The notes under the pieces are model-generated. The model was not told the origin of the DNA. It was given only the letters and a program-made list of their open reading frames with translations, and made no database searches. A DNA stretch of 64,000 nucleotides, from assembly GCA_045597865.1 (NCBI GenBank), contig JAZLKX010000052.1:192001-256000 (forward strand), written 5' to 3'. Source of the DNA: Bacilli bacterium. GTDB lineage: Bacteria; Bacillota_I; Bacilli_A; RFN20; CAG-826. How positions within the stretch are numbered: the stretch's first letter is position 1; every line of letters begins with the position of its first letter. The position numbers were made by a program, and so were the translations under genes. This document shows positions 1 through 8,464 of the stretch, one piece after another.

Positions 1-42
1 GAATATGTCTACGTTGATGACGATTATGACGACGAGGACTAA
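1..42 (+). CDS. 3' end of an upstream gene, acidic tail (EYVYVDDDYDDED*), truncated by the window
   Basis: Open frame from position 1 to TAA at 40-42, directly before the ATG at 43. Confidence 0.6.
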   Translation, partial: EYVYVDDDYDDED

Positions 43-663
43 ATGCTATTATCAGAAGCTAAAGAAATCCTTATGCAAAATGGCTACATTGTAGAAAGCA
101 GTGTAAAAGGCGATTTTGTAAAAGGTGAACGTGGCGGCGAGAAATATAAAGAATTGTCTAACGACTATACTTATGATGACGCTAGACGATTTTTTATAGC
201 TGCTATATACGGTGAAAGCGTTGCTAACGATCCTGAACAACTTGAAAACCGCTGGAATACATATTTGACTAAGTCTAGAAAAAATCAGTTTGAAAAGACT
301 TACGCTGCCTTTGAAAAGATTAAAGCTGCGGGCAAGGCTAAATTATACCGAGGTGTTGTAGTAAATAAAGGCGAAGAAATTGATACTGAACATGCTGGTG
401 TTTGTTGGTCATTCAGTGCCAGCATGCCTCGCCGTTGGGTTGAAGGCATCTGGGACAACATGGTGTATAATCACGTTGTAAATAGATCAGAATTGGAAGA
501 CTGCCATAAGGTTATTTTCACCGCAACTACTTCTGTTGATAATATGTTACTTCCATATTCATTCTGGCTTGCTGGAAGATTTGAAAGACCTGAATGGGAA
601 ATCAGATTAAAAGATGAAAATGCCGTAAGCAGCATTACAAAGAGATTTATTGACGAGGAGTAA
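43..663 (+). CDS. Putative virion-packaged ADP-ribosyltransferase-fold protein
   Basis: Shared N-terminal tag MLLSEAKEILMQNGY; LYRG ... CWSFS ... PEWE matches the R-S-E motif order of ART-fold enzymes. Confidence 0.5.
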   Translation: MLLSEAKEILMQNGYIVESSVKGDFVKGERGGEKYKELSNDYTYDDARRFFIAAIYGESVANDPEQLENRWNTYLTKSRKNQFEKTYAAFEKIKAAGKAKLYRGVVVNKGEEIDTEHAGVCWSFSASMPRRWVEGIWDNMVYNHVVNRSELEDCHKVIFTATTSVDNMLLPYSFWLAGRFERPEWEIRLKDENAVSSITKRFIDEE

Positions 664-666
664 TAC

Positions 667-1407
667 ATGCTATTAAAAGAAGCAAAGGAAATTTTGAAAA
701 AGAACGGTTACATGTTGGAAACAACTGATGCTATTTCCAATGATGATCTTATTGCATTTGCCAAATTAAATTGTTCAAAAGCATTAGGTGCTGGTGTTAC
801 AGTTAAAGAAAGATCAGAATATCCTTTCGCTGAAACTGATATGTATGGCGAAACTACCATTAAGAAGTATAATGGTCCTTGTATTACTGGCTATTTTAAA
901 GAAAGAACTGGCGCCGGTGCTCGCCGTGGTGCCGCTAAGTATTTTTCATTCTTTCCTGAAGAAAATAAACTTGTTGTTGGTCCTTCAACAACAGAACGCG
1001 TCAATGGTAAGTTATGTAAGATAATTACGGATGAATATACTTACAATTCATGGAATGACATTATCAAGTTCTTTAATCATAATAATTTCAATACGACAAA
1101 GATGCCTAAGACTGTTCAGCTAGAATCATGTAGGACTCTTGCTGAAAATGCTTATTCTGACATTGAGCTTAAAAGCTTAGAAGTCAAAGACGGCGAACTG
1201 TACGCAACATTCGTTATTGCTGCTGATGTGGAACAGTACATCAAGGACTATAACATTTGGCCAGGCGATGAATTTACTTCTAAAGTACATTTCAGTGATA
1301 AAGGTGACCCGTATGTTACTGGTCTAAATCATTCTGTCTATAGATGGTATTTCGGCGACGGTGATTACCGTAAAATTGTTGCTAAAGCCCGTAGCTTACG
1401 TCGTTAA
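667..1407 (+). CDS. Hypothetical protein with the shared N-terminal tag (probable internal head protein)
   Basis: MLLKEAKEILKKNGYMLE; GAGGAG SD upstream. Confidence 0.7.
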   Translation: MLLKEAKEILKKNGYMLETTDAISNDDLIAFAKLNCSKALGAGVTVKERSEYPFAETDMYGETTIKKYNGPCITGYFKERTGAGARRGAAKYFSFFPEENKLVVGPSTTERVNGKLCKIITDEYTYNSWNDIIKFFNHNNFNTTKMPKTVQLESCRTLAENAYSDIELKSLEVKDGELYATFVIAADVEQYIKDYNIWPGDEFTSKVHFSDKGDPYVTGLNHSVYRWYFGDGDYRKIVAKARSLRR

Positions 1408-1416
1408 AGGTGCATT

Positions 1417-2085
1417 ATGAATCTGATTATTAAGTCATCAACGACCAATACATCTTCAAAGAAAAACCGTGAAATAAAGTTCATCGTAATTCATTATACT
1501 GCGGGTGTTACATCAGCAGGTAAAAGTGATGAAAACACAACAGCTTGGTTTAACCGCCTTGAAACAAAAGCTTCATCAGATTACATCGTTGATGATGATT
1601 CAGTAACGCAGTTCAACACCGACATCAGGAACCGATATACATGGCATTGTGGCGGCTCGCTATACAAGACCAAAGGCGGTTCTTATTTCAACATTTGCAA
1701 GAACTCAAACTCTATTGGCGTTGAAATCTGTTCAAATAATGCAACGAAGAAAGTAACAAATGCAAATGACGCCAATTGGTATTTTACAGAAGAAACTTTA
1801 AATAACGCTGTAGAATTAGTTAGACAGCTGATGAATGAATACAACATTCCAATTGAGAATGTTATTCGTCACTATGATGTAAACGGCAAGCCTTGTCCAG
1901 GTATTATTGGCTGGAACGCTGATACAGGTGATGAAAGTAAATGGCTTGCTTTCAAGAATAGACTTGTGGATTCTGTACAATGCGACCATGAATCCGAAAT
2001 TGAGAAACTTAAAGCTGAAGTTGAACTTTGGAAGAATAAATATATTGAATTAAAGAACAAGCTAAAACTGCTTGCGGAGGAATAA
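1417..2085 (+). CDS. N-acetylmuramoyl-L-alanine amidase (Amidase_2-type endolysin) with C-terminal coiled coil
   Basis: IVIHYTAG, SIGVEIC, VIRHYDVNGKPCPG zinc-amidase motifs. Confidence 0.9.
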   Translation: MNLIIKSSTTNTSSKKNREIKFIVIHYTAGVTSAGKSDENTTAWFNRLETKASSDYIVDDDSVTQFNTDIRNRYTWHCGGSLYKTKGGSYFNICKNSNSIGVEICSNNATKKVTNANDANWYFTEETLNNAVELVRQLMNEYNIPIENVIRHYDVNGKPCPGIIGWNADTGDESKWLAFKNRLVDSVQCDHESEIEKLKAEVELWKNKYIELKNKLKLLAEE

Positions 2086-2089
2086 TTTT

Positions 2090-3030
2090 ATGCTATTAAG
2101 CGAAGCTAAAGAAATCTTGAAAAAAGAACGGTTACACACTATCAGAAGATGCTTATACTGATGAATACACGCCTGATTATGTGTCAAAGCTTGATAAGAT
2201 TTTGTTGAATTTGGATTTTGTGAAACTGCATAAACAAGTCCATGAACATGATTTATCATATATTGGTTTCATTACAGGAACAAAGTATATGTTACATTTT
2301 ATGGTAGATTCAGACGATGTTATTACTTGTAATGTTGTAGAAACAGATAAACAAAAAGCACAAAAAGTACAGAAAGTAACTATGGGTATTGATTCTGATA
2401 ACTATGATAGAGAATACATCGATGTAAATGACTTTATTGAGAACAGTGAATATTATTTAGAAAATGTACAGAAAGTCGTTGAAAATGTTAAAAAGATAGA
2501 TAGAAGCAGTAAGTCAAAGCTAGGAAGAATTGCTAACGGTATAACAAAAGCATTAAGTAATGATTTTGATACAAGATATAGCGGTTTAAGAGATATTGGC
2601 GAAGCAGTAAAACTATTAAAGAAAAATGGCTACCGTCTTACTGAAGCATATGATGCTGTAACTGCGCATAAAAACGAAAAAGGAGCAGATAACAAGGATA
2701 GTTATTATACCAATGTGCTGGTAAGATTAAAGAATGCTTTAGCTGAAGAAGGCATTGAAAGTAAAGTTAGTAGTACTCTTGCACAAGGAAGAAACGCAAT
2801 TAAAAACGTTTTTGGGATTCGGCAGATACCGTGTAACGCTTTACAATGTAGATTCAGCCTTTAGTCCAGTTGATGGAAATATTATGGACGACAACCGTGC
2901 TGGGTATTCCGAGATGGAAAATGAGGTAACATTAAAACTTTTTGCTGATTGGAAACAAGTATCAGCTGCCGACTTTGACGTTAGAAATATACCAAGTATG
3001 GTAAAATGGATTCTTACCAACATTAAATAA
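2090..3030 (+). pseudogene. Tag-bearing gene interrupted by two +1 homopolymer frameshifts (pseudogene, slippage or sequencing error)
   Basis: ATG 2090 with GGAGG SD gives MLLSEAKEILK; removing one A from A6 at 2120-2125 gives KKNGYTLSE in frame with ORF 2181-2864; removing one base from A5 (2802-2806) or T5 (2809-2813) joins ORF 2755-3030. Confidence 0.65.
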
Positions 3031-3078
3031 AAATTTGTAGCTCCAAGCCTGATAAGATCGGACACGTTTCAAGCTACA

Positions 3079-3108
3079 ACCCTGGGCGGTCTGCCCAGGG
3101 TTTCTTTT
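3079..3108 (+). terminator. Rho-independent terminator
   Basis: ACCCTGGGC-ggtct-GCCCAGGGT followed by a T-rich tract. Confidence 0.85.
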
Positions 3109-3316
3109 ATGTTTAAAAACTTGATTTTTCAAAAAAATAAGCAAAAATCCATTCTTAAATTTCATAAATTTAAGCAATTTTATTACAGTTTTTCGTCAAA
3201 AACATCTGTGGTTGTGTTGTAATTCATTATTACGGTCAATTATCAAGCAAAACACAAAAACTGCGGTTTTTCTCCCATTTTGCTGTAATAAATACATTAG
3301 TGAGGTTTCCTATATT

Positions 3317-4219
3317 ATGTTTAAGAAAAATGAAAATTTGAAGGCAGCTGGCGAAAAAATCCAAATGACACCTGAGCAAGTACAGGAGTACATTAAGTGC
3401 CGTCGTGACATTTTCCATTTTGCGAATTATTTCACAATTATGGCTGAAGACGGTGAACATCCGATTAAGCTGCGTGGCTATCAGAAAAAGTTAGTAAAGT
3501 CAATTACAACCAAAGTACCAGAAAAGAATAACAGAATCATTATGATGGGTCGTCAGTCAGGTAAGACGACTATTGCTACTCTATATCTTACTTGGTTTGC
3601 ATTATTCAACAAAGCAAAGATTATCGCTGTGCTTGCTAACAAGGCAGCACAGGCTGATGAAATCATGCTTCGTATTCAACAGGCATATATGAACTTGCCG
3701 TTATGGTTACAGCAAGGAATTATGAAATGGAACCAATCTGAATTTATTCTTGAAAATAAAACACGAGTATTTTCAGCAGCTAGTTCCTCAAGCTCTATTC
3801 GTGGTAAAACTGTTGACCTTGAACTTGTAGACGAATTTGCTCACTTGGACGATAACATAGCTGACGCATTTATGGCATCAGTGTTCCCTACACAGGCATC
3901 TAGACCTGACTCAATGCTTTTGCTAATTTCAACGCCTAAGGGTATGAACCATTTCTATGATATCTGGCAGAAAGCTAAATCCGGTCGTAATTCATTTATC
4001 CCATGTAAAATCCAGTGGTGGGAAATTGATGGTCGTGACGAGAAATGGAAGGAACGAGTCATACGTGATAACGGCATCAAATACTTTAACCAGGAATTTG
4101 CCTGTGTAACTGGTGAGACGCAAATAACAGTAAAAGATGATGCCGGCAAAGTAAAAACTGCCCCAATCGCTGAAATTTGTGATTGGTTAAAAGACGTAAA
4201 CTCGCTCCAGACGGCTTAA
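3317..4219 (+). CDS. terL: Large terminase N-terminal (ATPase) half fused to split-intein N fragment
   Basis: Walker A MGRQSGKTT, Walker B LELVDEFAH, motif III ISTPKG, ending NQEFA then CVTGETQITV (intein block A); likely start ATG 3317 after GAGG and AATAAATA 3287-3294. Confidence 0.95.
   Translation: MFKKNENLKAAGEKIQMTPEQVQEYIKCRRDIFHFANYFTIMAEDGEHPIKLRGYQKKLVKSITTKVPEKNNRIIMMGRQSGKTTIATLYLTWFALFNKAKIIAVLANKAAQADEIMLRIQQAYMNLPLWLQQGIMKWNQSEFILENKTRVFSAASSSSSIRGKTVDLELVDEFAHLDDNIADAFMASVFPTQASRPDSMLLLISTPKGMNHFYDIWQKAKSGRNSFIPCKIQWWEIDGRDEKWKERVIRDNGIKYFNQEFACVTGETQITVKDDAGKVKTAPIAEICDWLKDVNSLQTA
4103..4216 (+). mobile_element. Split intein N fragment (IntN, 38 aa)
   Basis: CVTGETQITVKDDAGKVKTAPIAEICDWLKDVNSLQTA*: Cys1 and the block A pattern C-x-x-G-x-T-x-I-x-V, then a stop. 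Confidence 0.9.
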
Positions 4220-4240
4220 CTTACTTTATATGAAAAACAT

Positions 4241-4271
4241 AACCTCTATCTAAATAAATAATCTAGAGGTT
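4241..4271 (+). promoter_or_regulatory. RBS-sequestering hairpin with a late promoter in its loop
   Basis: AACCTCTA (4241-4248) / TAGAGGTT (4264-4271) covers the GAGG SD; AATAAATA at 4253-4260 lies in the loop. Confidence 0.7.
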
Positions 4272-4276
4272 TAAAT

Positions 4277-5686
4277 ATGTTTACTTGTAAAATTTGTAAT
4301 GAAACGTTTGAAAAAATCAATGGTTTACTGACACATATACAGTTCAACCATAAAGAACATTCGCCTGAGTCTTACTATAGACAACATATCATGGCTGTTG
4401 GTGAAGGCTTTTGTAAAACATGTGGTAAACCAACAAAGTTCAATGGTATCAAAACCGGCTATCAAACATACTGTAATCGTAAGTGTGTATGGGCAGATCC
4501 TGAAATCAAAGCAAAGCGTAAAATTACAAATAGCGCCAAGACTGATTCTGAAATTCTTGAATGGAAAATAAGAAATAAAGAATCCCGGCTAAAAAAGAAT
4601 AACGGTAATTATTCGCCGTTACATGACTTAGCTAAAAGACAGGAAATTAGCGAAAAGCATTTTAAGGAATACTTTGCTAAGTGTAACTGCGAATTTATTA
4701 AGTATGATGATAAAGTTCACTTTCGCTGCAATAAATGCGGCTGTGAAGATGCATTTACTCGTAGTGTTATTGACCGTTATGACAGAACTAATGATTATGA
4801 CGTTTGCCACTATTGTAATGATAGGCGTTTTGTTAGTACGCCTGAACGCGAAATACGTAAATACATAGAAACGTTTTATGAAGGCAAGATAATTTCAGGC
4901 GATAGACTTGTTTTGAATGGAAAAGAACTAGACCTATATTTTCCTGACAAAAAGCTCGCTATTGAATATGATGGTTTTCATTGGCATAATGAAAACTGCA
5001 TTCCCGCAGGCTATCATCTAGAAAAAACAAATGCATGTGAAGCAAATGGTATTCAACTTATTCATATATTTGAAACTGAATGGTTGAATAAGCCAGAAAT
5101 CGTTAAAAGTAGAATACGAAACTTATTTGAAGGCAACAATAGGATCTTTGCACGTAAATGCAGGATTAAGGAAATATCAGCAGATGCCGCAAAAACTTTT
5201 TTACAGCAGAATCATATACAGGGGTGGTGTTGCTCAAAATGGCGATATGGTCTTGAATACAATGGCGAGCTAGTTTCGCTTATGACATTTGGTAAATCAC
5301 GATTTAAAGATGAATATGAACTTTTAAGATTTGCGAATAAGCTAGATACGAATGTTATTGGCGGAGCATCAAGACTTTTTAAACACTTTGTTAATGACCA
5401 TTCAGAAATAAAGAAAATCATTTCTTTCGCTGACCGTAGATGGAGCATTGGCAACTTATATGAAAAAATTGGTTTTACTAAAATTGGCGCAACGCCGCCA
5501 TCATACTACTACAGAATAGACAATGAACTTAAGAACCGAGTCAACTTTCAAAAACATAAGCTCGTTGCTAATGGTGCTGACCCTAATAAGACCGAACATG
5601 AGATTATGAAAGAACGCGGCTATCTAAGAATATACGACTGTGGCTGTCTGAAGTATGAATGGTCTGATGATTCACAATCAGTATAA
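4277..5686 (+). CDS. Free-standing homing endonuclease, Vsr/DUF559-like nuclease with N-terminal zinc fingers
   Basis: C2H2 finger CKIC...H...H, further CxxC pairs, ELDLYFPDKKLAIEYDGFHWH, LIHIFETEW, and a C-terminal ELLRFA...GGASRLF...SFADRRWS domain typical of phage Hef-like endonucleases. Confidence 0.85.
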   Translation: MFTCKICNETFEKINGLLTHIQFNHKEHSPESYYRQHIMAVGEGFCKTCGKPTKFNGIKTGYQTYCNRKCVWADPEIKAKRKITNSAKTDSEILEWKIRNKESRLKKNNGNYSPLHDLAKRQEISEKHFKEYFAKCNCEFIKYDDKVHFRCNKCGCEDAFTRSVIDRYDRTNDYDVCHYCNDRRFVSTPEREIRKYIETFYEGKIISGDRLVLNGKELDLYFPDKKLAIEYDGFHWHNENCIPAGYHLEKTNACEANGIQLIHIFETEWLNKPEIVKSRIRNLFEGNNRIFARKCRIKEISADAAKTFLQQNHIQGWCCSKWRYGLEYNGELVSLMTFGKSRFKDEYELLRFANKLDTNVIGGASRLFKHFVNDHSEIKKIISFADRRWSIGNLYEKIGFTKIGATPPSYYYRIDNELKNRVNFQKHKLVANGADPNKTEHEIMKERGYLRIYDCGCLKYEWSDDSQSV

Positions 5687-5689
5687 ATA
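5682..5689 (+). promoter_or_regulatory. T4-type late promoter TATAAATA
   Basis: Exact consensus, 4 nt before ATG 5694. Confidence 0.8.
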
Positions 5690-5693
5690 AAAT

Positions 5694-6017
5694 ATGGCGA
5701 ACATAACATATCGTACAAACTTTCTAAAGGACGTTGAAGTTGATGACATTGTTCAGAAAGACATGTCATCAATGAATTTTGGCGATTTTGATTTTGGTCC
5801 TGTTAGCTATTATAAATGTACGCAATTTGATATTGGCCGTCCAGATTTAATTTCATACAAGATTTACGGAACAACGAATTACTGGTGGTTCTTGATGTGG
5901 TTCAATGGCGTATCTGACGCGTGGAATGATATTAGAGAAAATATGCTAATTGCTTTCCCGTCATTAGATATGGCACGTGAAGCACTAAAGTTTGCTCGTA
6001 AGAGGAGTAACAAGTAA
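5694..6017 (+). CDS. Baseplate wedge protein, T4 gp53-like (LysM-like)
   Basis: RPDLISYKIYGTTNYWWFLMWFNG motif. Confidence 0.85.
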   Translation: MANITYRTNFLKDVEVDDIVQKDMSSMNFGDFDFGPVSYYKCTQFDIGRPDLISYKIYGTTNYWWFLMWFNGVSDAWNDIRENMLIAFPSLDMAREALKFARKRSNK

Positions 6018-6364
6018 TGAAATTGACAGAAGCATTTCATATTCTTTCTAAGAACGGATACGAATATACTCGCTTGAATGAAAATAACGATTTAAGTGAT
6101 TATTTACTTCAGCGAGTATATCAAGTAGCCACTGAAATTTATACCAGGGAGATTGCAGATCATGCACCTAATCTTGATTCTACAAATCGTCCTGACCATG
6201 ATTATCTGCAGCGATTTGACTATCTTTCTGATAGTTTGAAAGCTGCGGTAAAACGCGCGGCAGTCGCTCTGAAAAATGACCTCGCTGCTGAAGGTTTTGA
6301 TATTCATGAAACGAATGTTGAAACCGAAATCTTTGACGCATTGAAACTTTACGCCAAGGATTAG
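6017..6364 (+). CDS. Hypothetical protein with the shared N-terminal tag
   Basis: MKLTEAFHILSKNGY...LNE; GAGGAG SD. Confidence 0.7.
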   Translation: MKLTEAFHILSKNGYEYTRLNENNDLSDYLLQRVYQVATEIYTREIADHAPNLDSTNRPDHDYLQRFDYLSDSLKAAVKRAAVALKNDLAAEGFDIHETNVETEIFDALKLYAKD

Positions 6365-6402
6365 AATAAATAAAACAAAAGCTCATTTAAGGAGATGATA
6401 TA

Positions 6403-6771
6403 ATGAATCTTTTTGAACAGTACATTAAGAATGCCTGCCGTTTTGTTAACGAAGGCTTAGAAGATGAACTACCAGCTGAAGCTCCAGCCGAACTTCCTGC
6501 TGAAGGTGGCGAAGAACTTCCTCTAGATGGTGAAGAAGAACTTCCTACTGAAGGTGATGAAGACCAGGCATGCGAAGAATCTATGGAAGATCTTAAGGCA
6601 CAGATTGCTGACCTTCAGAGTCAGGTTACTGAATTGCTTGAACTTGTTCAGTCATTGACAGGCGAAGCTGCTGAAGGCGCTGATGATCTTGCTGGTGAAG
6701 ACGAACTTCCTGCCGAAGGTGATGAAGACCTTGCTGGCGAAGATCCTGGCTTCGAAGACGAAGACATTTAA
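6403..6771 (+). CDS. Highly acidic protein with a coiled coil (prohead core/scaffold-like)
   Basis: ELPAEG-type repeats, AAGGAG SD, AATAAATA upstream. Confidence 0.7.
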   Translation: MNLFEQYIKNACRFVNEGLEDELPAEAPAELPAEGGEELPLDGEEELPTEGDEDQACEESMEDLKAQIADLQSQVTELLELVQSLTGEAAEGADDLAGEDELPAEGDEDLAGEDPGFEDEDI

Positions 6772-6803
6772 TTTCTAGTTTCACGGGAAAGGCTTATACA
6801 TAG

Positions 6804-6833
6804 GCTAGGGAAATAAAACTCCCTAGCTTTTTT
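6804..6833 (+). terminator. Rho-independent terminator
   Basis: GCTAGGGA-aataaaac-TCCCTAGC followed by T6. Confidence 0.85.
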
Positions 6834-6869
6834 ATGTCTAAAAAATGATTATATTTGATACTGTAAAAT

Positions 6870-7161
6870 CATTAAGCCGTTTCCTCGGAACGAAACTCAA
6901 CCCAATGACGCTGTCGGTAGAGGGACGCCATTTGAGCTAGAATTGCTTAGCTCGTGAATAGAAATGAAAATGCAATAGCGAAGTGGAAACTAGCCCTTTC
7001 CACATATAGCCGCCAATAGCATTATGGGATGTAGCCGGAATACAGGTTGACCGCTCCGTAAGCCCATAAGTGAGTCTACTTACAACGTCATACGGTTCAC
7101 CAGTCAAAACAAAGACTCGGTATTCTTGACGGTAAGCTCTACCGGGCTTACTGTCTCCGGT
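6870..7161 (+). ncRNA. Candidate structured non-coding RNA of unknown class
   Basis: Intergenic and GC-richer than its flanks; long-range helix 6905-6921/7075-7091 encloses three hairpins; closing helix 6875-6880/7092-7097; 3' hairpin 7128-7155. Strand inferred from G-U pairs. Confidence 0.6.
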
Positions 7162-7206
7162 TACCATATCAAACAAAGAATAAATAATAAAAAGGAATTG
7201 TTTAAT

Positions 7207-7824
7207 ATGGGAATTAAATCAATTTGGGATAACACATTTTATCAAAAACCACCATTACCAAAATGGTGCTTTGAAGTCGTTTTTGATGATTTATTTAAGC
7301 ACCATACTCAATACGCAAACACATTAAATCAAGCGATAGTAAACTGCCAATGGGGTAAACGCGAAATTAGTATTGTTAAAACTTACTATGCTGGTATTGA
7401 AGCAAACTATCCTGGTCGTGTTCAAAACACAGGTGAGCTTAATCTTACTTTTAATGAAAACACGGGTATGGAAGTATCGCGTATTTTGGAAGAACTATTT
7501 AACGGTGAATGTTCTAATGACCGTTACTTTGATGATAACAGCCGTGATAGAGGATACATTTATAATAAAGATTTTACAAAGATCGGCCGAAACATTACAC
7601 TAAGAATCCATCGTCCTGACGTTAACATGGAAATGAACCAGGATGGTGCTGAGGCTATATGCGGCGAGGTTACATTTTATAACTGTATTTTAACATCAAT
7701 CAATGAAGAAGAATTTAGCTATGAAAGCGTTGATGATACAGTTACACGTACCGCAAGATTTTCATATGATTATATGATTGATAATCGTAAGAAATTTTCT
7801 GGCCGACCAATGAAGGGAGGTTAA
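7207..7824 (+). CDS. Tail tube-like protein (gp19/gp54 fold paralogue)
   Basis: NYPGRVQNTGELNLTFNE ... FSYDY; start moved to ATG 7207 (AAGGA SD, AATAAATA 7179-7186). Confidence 0.75.
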   Translation: MGIKSIWDNTFYQKPPLPKWCFEVVFDDLFKHHTQYANTLNQAIVNCQWGKREISIVKTYYAGIEANYPGRVQNTGELNLTFNENTGMEVSRILEELFNGECSNDRYFDDNSRDRGYIYNKDFTKIGRNITLRIHRPDVNMEMNQDGAEAICGEVTFYNCILTSINEEEFSYESVDDTVTRTARFSYDYMIDNRKKFSGRPMKGG

Positions 7825-7828
7825 ATAA

Positions 7829-8464
7829 ATGTGGACGAAAGCTAAATCACCTAACCAAGCCAAGCCTGGGTCAAATACATTACTTGAAAGTAAAAATGTC
7901 AATGGTTCATTTACTAAGTATCAAATGCACGGCGGCATGGCATCGCCTGTGCCTAACTGGTTATTTGATATAAAGTTTCAATGGACTAAGTGGGCTAAAG
8001 AAACATTTGATATTGCTGATGGCGAAAATTTAAACGATTCATTTAAGTGCATAAAAGCAGACCTTCCTGAATACTCACAGGCAACAAAAGAAGTTTGGTA
8101 TTTTGGTACCAAAAAGACATTCGTGATAGGCCGTGATATGTCAGGTGAAACTGTACTTGAATTTTGGCTTCGTAAAGGTGCACAACTTAAAGACGACGAT
8201 AATGATAAACTTGAACTTTTAGATGTTCTTGTGCCTGACCGTTCTATGAACCGTCAAGATAAATATCAACACTATGAATGGGTTCGTTTATTTGATGCAA
8301 TAGAAATTGATATGCTTAACATTGATACTGATGTGCATAGAACCTATAAATTGATTAACCCAATAGTTACCAATTTTTCACACAGCGGTGAATTGAACTA
8401 TGAAGGCGAAGAAGGATTAAAAATTTCTATTACTGTTCATTATGATATGTGGGAGCAGTTCTAA
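7829..8464 (+). CDS. Tail tube-like paralogue
   Basis: ADLPEYS...YFGTKKTFVIGRDMSGETVLEF ... LNYE...ISITVHYD. Confidence 0.6.
   Translation: MWTKAKSPNQAKPGSNTLLESKNVNGSFTKYQMHGGMASPVPNWLFDIKFQWTKWAKETFDIADGENLNDSFKCIKADLPEYSQATKEVWYFGTKKTFVIGRDMSGETVLEFWLRKGAQLKDDDNDKLELLDVLVPDRSMNRQDKYQHYEWVRLFDAIEIDMLNIDTDVHRTYKLINPIVTNFSHSGELNYEGEEGLKISITVHYDMWEQF

Noticed and set aside
3110-3285. A-tract-rich spacer upstream of terL-N as a pac site or origin
   Set aside because: Only AT richness and loosely phased A tracts; no repeats or other support
3212-3316. TTG-start extension of TerL-N
   Set aside because: Spans the late promoter and SD; ATG 3317 is the better start
4219-5694. Group I intron interrupting terL
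   Set aside because: Spacers around the endonuclease (57 and 7 nt) are too short for an intron core, terL does not resume downstream, and intein motifs explain the split
6937-7206. ORF 6937-7176 (-) and the 7126 TTG extension
   Set aside because: No SD or coding character; overlap the structured RNA candidate and a late promoter
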